Positions 58,985-64,000 of a DNA stretch of 64,000 bases are shown here, piece by piece. Numbering within the stretch: the first letter of the stretch is position 1; every line of letters begins with the position of its first letter. The stretch is from Heterodontus francisci. Lineage: Eukaryota. Below the pieces are notes generated by a model, which saw only the letters and a list, made by a program, of their open reading frames with translations, did not search any database and was not told where the DNA came from. Location of the stretch: assembly GCF_036365525.1 (NCBI RefSeq), contig NC_090385.1, positions 59,952,611 through 60,016,610 of the forward strand. The letters are read 5' to 3'. The position numbers and the translations under genes were made by a program.

Positions 58985-60350
58985 TATAACATTTGGAGGA
59001 GAGGGGGACAGTACCTTAAGGGAGAGAAAACCACTAATATCAACTAACATGAGGGCCAGGAAGGGAAGTTGGGTAGTCAGCAGTTTAGTAGGAATAGAGT
59101 TTGGAGAGCAAGAGGTGCGTCTCATCAACAAGATGACCTCGAAAAGGCAGGAGGGGAGATAGGAGAGAAACAGGAGGGGAAAAAAAGTGAATTCTGGGCT
59201 AGGGCGGGAAGGACCTTCGAGGAGGTTTGTCCCAGTGATCTGGGGGAATGTGAGGGAAGCAGCAGAGAGGCAGCTGAATAGATGGTCTCAATCTTTGTAA
59301 CAAAGAAGTTAATCAACTCCTCACACTTGTTGGAAGGTGAGGGCAGAGGAGACAGGAGGGTGGTTTAGGAAGACGGTTCATGGTGAAGAGAAGCTGGGTG
59401 TTTTTTTTTTGTTCCTGGCTAATCTTTGAATAGTAGGCAGTTTTAACGATGGAGAGCAAGAGCCGTTAACGCTTTATGTGACTAAGTCAGATCTAGCGAT
59501 GAATGGTTAAACCAGTTGTCCGCCAAAGACATTCAAATCTGTGTCCCTTTGACTTAAGGAAGTGGAGATGGGGCCAGGCATATACCAGGGAAACTACTAG
59601 GGTGACAATGTAATGGGTTTAATAGGGACAAGGAAAAAGATGGAGTGGGTGAGATTTAGGGGGCAGGAGAATATGAGTAGAGAGCAATATAAGGAGATAA
59701 TCAGTAATTGTCTTATCAGTGGCAGTTACAATGGGAGTAGCGAGGCCCCATGAGATAACAAGATCAAGGGGGTAGCCATGAATATGAGTAGGACAGTTTA
59801 TAAGGAGGGAGAGATTTAGGGAGGATGGAGGGCAACAAAGCCAGAGGAGAGAGCAAGAGGAGTTGATATGGAGGTTGAAATCTCTTAGTGCAAAGGCAGA
59901 GGGAGGAAAGCATAGAAGATATCTCAGTAAGAAACATGATGTGATACTTAGGTTGGCAGTACAGAACAAGGATTTTGATAGAAAGAGATGTGACGGGTGC
60001 AATAAGGTGAAATGCTCAAAAGTAGAAATTGCCAGAGGAGTAGGGAGACAGACCAAGGTGTGATTTTCAGGTAAGGGCTACACCAACACCATTGCAGTTT
60101 GAGCAGGGCAAATGGTAGAAAATATTGCCAGGATGAGAAGCTTCATTAAGGGGAAAGATAGGGAAAGGCCCTCGACCACGTCTCCATCAGGGACAAGATG
60201 ACAATGTGATAATCCACAATAAGGCCTTGGATGGTGAAGTCTTTTTTCACAAGACAGCATACATTCTGGAGGGAGATGCAAAGAGGGGCGATGATGGCCG
60301 ATCCACTAGCAGAGTACAAAAGGTCAGAGCTGGGAGTGATGAGAGTGATA
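58985..60350 (-). mobile_element. Old L2 LINE remnant (EN to start of RT)
   Basis: TSCSPNSIPTKLLTTQLPFL (58928..59131), INFFVTKIETI, ALRDFNLHIN..PTHIHGYPLDLVIS (59619..60056). Confidence 0.8.
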
Positions 60351-60351
60351 G

Positions 60352-63300
60352 GAAGGAACATAAGGACATCAAAAATAGGAGCAGGAGTAGGCCATTCAGC
60401 CCCTCAAACCTACTCCACTATTCAATGGGATAATGCCCAATATGATATGATTAACTCCACTTTCCTGCCTGCCTCCATAACCCTGAACTCCTTTGTCAAT
60501 CAAAAATCTGTCTGACTCCGCCTCCACTGCTCGCTGGAAAAGAGAATTCCAAACAATAACGACCCTCAGAGAAGAAATTCCTCCTTATCTCAGCCTTAAA
60601 TGGGAGAACCCTTATTTTGAAACTGTGCCCCCTAGTTCTAGATCCCCCTATGAGGGTGAACATCCTTTCAGCATCTACCCTGTCAAGCCCCCTCAGAATC
60701 TTTTACATTTCAGTAAGATCACCTCTTAATCTTCTAAACTCCAGTAAGTATAGGCACAACCTACTCAACCTTTCCTCATTGGACAAACCCTGCATCCCAG
60801 GAATCAGCCTAGTGAACCTTCTCTGAACTGCTTTTAATGCAAGTTTGTTGCCAAGAAGACCAAAACTGTACACAATACTCTCGATGCAGTCTCACCAATG
60901 CCCTGTACGGTTGTAGCAAGACTTTCCTACTTTTAAATTCCATCCACCTTGCAATAAAGGACAACATTCCATTTGCCTTCCTATTTTTACCTGCATGCTG
61001 ACTTCTTGTGATTCATGCACAAGGACACCCAGGTCCCTCTGCACCACAGCATTCTGCAGTCTCTCTCTATTTGAATAATATGCTTTTCTATTCTTCCTGT
61101 CAAAGTGGACAACCTCACACTTTCCCACATTATATTCCATCTGTCAAGTTTTTGACACTCACTTAACCTATCTATATACCTTTGCAGAATCTTTGTATCT
61201 TCCTCACAACTTGCTTTCCTACCTATTTTCATATTGTCAGCAAATTTTGCTACAATACATTCAGTCCCTTCATCCAAGTAATTAATATAGATCGTAAATG
61301 GTTGAGACCTCTAATAAATTTGTCAAACATGATTTCATTTTCACAAAACATGCTGACTCTGCCTGATTCTATGTGATTTTCTAGATGTCCTGCTACTACC
61401 ACTTTAATAATGAATTCTAGCATTTTCCCAGTGACAGACATTAGGCTAACTGGGCTACAGTTTTCTGCCTTCTGTCTCCCTCCTTTCTTGAACAGAGGTG
61501 TCACATTTGGAGTTTTCCAATCTGCTGGGACCTTTCCAGAATCTAGGGAATTTTGGAATATTACAACCAATACATTCACTGTGGCTGCAGCCACTTCCCT
61601 TAAGACTCTCAGATGCAGGCCATCAGGTCTAGGAGACTTGTCAGCCTTTAGTACCATTACTATTCTTATTACTTTTTCTCTAGTGATGGTGATTGTTTTA
61701 ACTTCCACTCTCCCTTTTGCCTCCTGAATTTCTACTATTCTTGGGATGCTTTTTGTGTTTTCTACTAAGAAGGCAGATACAAAATACTTGTTCAAAGCCT
61801 CTGCCATTTCCTTGTTTCCCATTATTAATTCTCCAGTCTCACCCTCTAAGGACCAATGCTCATTCTATTCTTTTTCTTTTTACATATTTGTAGAAGCTTT
61901 TACTGTCTGTTTTTATATTTCTTGCTGGTTTTCTCTCATACTCCAATTTCTTTTTTTTTCCCCAGTCATCCTTTGCTTGTTTCTAAAAGTTTCCCAATCA
62001 TCCGGTCTATCACTAATCTTCTCAGCATTGTACGCCTTTTCTTTCAATTTGATACCACCCTTAACTTCCTTAGTTAGCCCTAGATGGTGCATCCTTCTGC
62101 TGGAGTCTTTCTTCCTCAATGGAATACATCTTTGTTGAGAGTTATGAAAGATCTCCTTAAATGTCTGCCGCTGTTTCCCTACCATCTTATCTTTTAATCC
62201 ATTTTCCCAGTCCACTTTAGCCAATTCTGTCTTCATAACCTTGTACTTGCCTTGGTTTACATTTAAGACACTAATTATGGACCCACATTTCTCACCCTCA
62301 AATTGAATGTGAAATTCTATCATGTTCTGGTCACTCTTGCCTAGAGGATCCTTTACTATGAGGTCTTTAATTAATCCTGTCTCATTACACATTACCAGGT
62401 CCAAAATACCCTGGTCTCTGGTAGGTTCTAGAACAGAGTTGTCTAGCATATGGGCGGCAGGCCAGGATCCAGCTCGCCAAATGTTTCCATCCGGCCGGCG
62501 GGTGTAAACTGTCCCTGGGGCTGTTCCTCATCCTCACCGTGACTGGAGAGGAGAAATTTCCCATTGTCAGACTGGCTTTTAAACTATTGCGCTGTCAGTT
62601 TCACAGGTGACAGCTGCTGACATTAGGAACAGCCGTTTCCCAACAGACTCGGGGTTTTCCGACAGGTTCTGACTTTTTTTTTCCAAAAAAATGGTGGAGA
62701 GGGTCAGAGAGAATGGGAAGAAGGAGACAGACTGACGGGGGAGGGGGGGGTGGGAGAGTCAAAGGGTCACTTACTTATGGCCCAGAAAGAGGCCATACTG
62801 TCCATCAAGCCCATGCCAGCACTCCATGGAGCTATGCAACCAGTCCCACACCTTGGCTCGATCCCCATAGCCCTGCAAATCTATTTCTCTCAGGTGGCCA
62901 TCCAACCTCCTGTTGAAGTAATTGATTATCTTCATTTCCATCACCATTATGCGCAGCGAGTTCCAGGTCATTACCACCCGCTACGTAAAACATTGCTTCC
63001 TCATATTCCTCCTGCATCCTTTGCACAGACATTTCAATATGTGTCCCCGAGGCCTAGAGGGGAGGGAGGAGACACACACAGACACAGACACACAGTGCGG
63101 GGAGAGGGGGGAGCGAGATCAAGGTCTCTCCTGAAAGATGGACATCTATCCAGAATACTCTGCATCGCTACATCAAGTATGCGGGCAGAGATTGATTACC
63201 TATGCAAGCAAAAACAATGCCAGGTATGTCACTAAATCAGTTTTCAATATAGTGAATGCCGTGAGCATTCAGAAAAAAAAAGAGCCTTTAATTCTGACGT

Positions 63301-64000
63301 CTTACCACTTTTGTACACTATCCTTTCCTGTCACACTCTGGTTCTCATTACCCTGCACTATTTCCTTGCATTTTAACTTTCCAAATCTCCCCTCACGTGA
63401 GCCCTCCATCCCACCCCACTATTTAGTTTAAAGCCCTCTCTACTGCCCTAATTATATGATTCCCAGCTCTAGTCTACTCTAGTCCCAGCGCAGTTCAGAT
63501 GAAGGCCGTCCTAATGGTACAGCTCCCTCTTTCCCAGTACTGGTGTCAGTGCCCCATGAATCAAAATCCACTTCTCCCACACCAATCTTACAACCATACA
63601 TTCAACTCTCTAATCTTGTTTACCCCATGCCAAGTTATTTGTGGCTCAGGTAGCAATGCAGAGATTATTGCCTTTGCGGTTCTGCTTTTTAATTTAGTCC
63701 CAGCTGCTCATACTCCCTCAGCAGATCCTCTTTCTTAGTCCCATCTATGTCGTTGGCATCCATATGGACCATGACAACTAGATCCTTCCCCCTCCCACTC
63801 CAAGTTCTGATCCAGCACTGAGATGTCCTTAACCCTGGCAACAGGCAGGCAACACAGCTGCAGAGAACTGTATCTATCCCCCTAACTATACTTACCCCTA
63901 CTACAACTACATTTCTTTTAACTCTCCACTCCCCCACCCCTACTTGAAAGGTCCCCTGCACAACGGTGCTGTAGTCAGTTTGCTCATCCTCCTTTCAGTT
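60352..64000 (-). mobile_element. Old CR1 (3' tail to ORF1), interrupted at about 62445-63150 by a GC-rich insert and another CR1 3' end; runs off window end
   Basis: ORFs 60987..61277 (KFADNMKIG), 61250..61822 (DKSPRPD, VPADWK), 61913..62449 (EPTRDQGILDLV) and ORF1 esterase 63689..63961 (VVGVSIVRG, VHMDANDI). Confidence 0.85.

Noticed and set aside
57217-64000. Further CETN2 exons (KAFKLFDDD..NLKRVAKELGE)
   Set aside because: Not found on the minus strand. The region is mostly LINE remnants, so the exon probably lies beyond the window.

Overview
Vertebrate genomic DNA, most likely a shark or other cartilaginous fish judging from the repeat families (inferred, not database-confirmed). Two host genes point at each other. 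ENOX2 (+) contributes its last two coding exons (15166-15251, 17694-17831) and a centrin, most likely CETN2 (-), contributes its last coding exon (57127-57216). Most of the rest is layered mobile DNA: nested CR1 LINEs (one near-intact full-length copy at about 51321-55744), RTE, Vingi and L2 LINE remnants, solo-LTR-like inserts, PIF/Harbinger-type MITEs, DeuSINE-like and other tRNA-derived SINEs, and Penelope-type terminal fragments with hammerhead motifs. Nearly all listed ORFs are transposon fragments or antisense shadows. The best leads are: (1) an ORF1-less APE-RT LINE with a tRNA-like A/B-box head whose sense strand has no TTTT Pol III terminator, i.e. a candidate Pol III-transcribed coding LINE, with a matching SINE; (2) a U_UUA_AAC slippery heptamer plus stop at the ORF1/ORF2 junction of four CR1 copies, implying -1 ribosomal frameshifting; (3) a textbook spliceosomal intron, 172-bp monomers and a 24-bp palindrome in a CR1 5' UTR; (4) hammerhead and HDV-like ribozyme motifs in retroelement ends, one in sense within the last ENOX2 intron.
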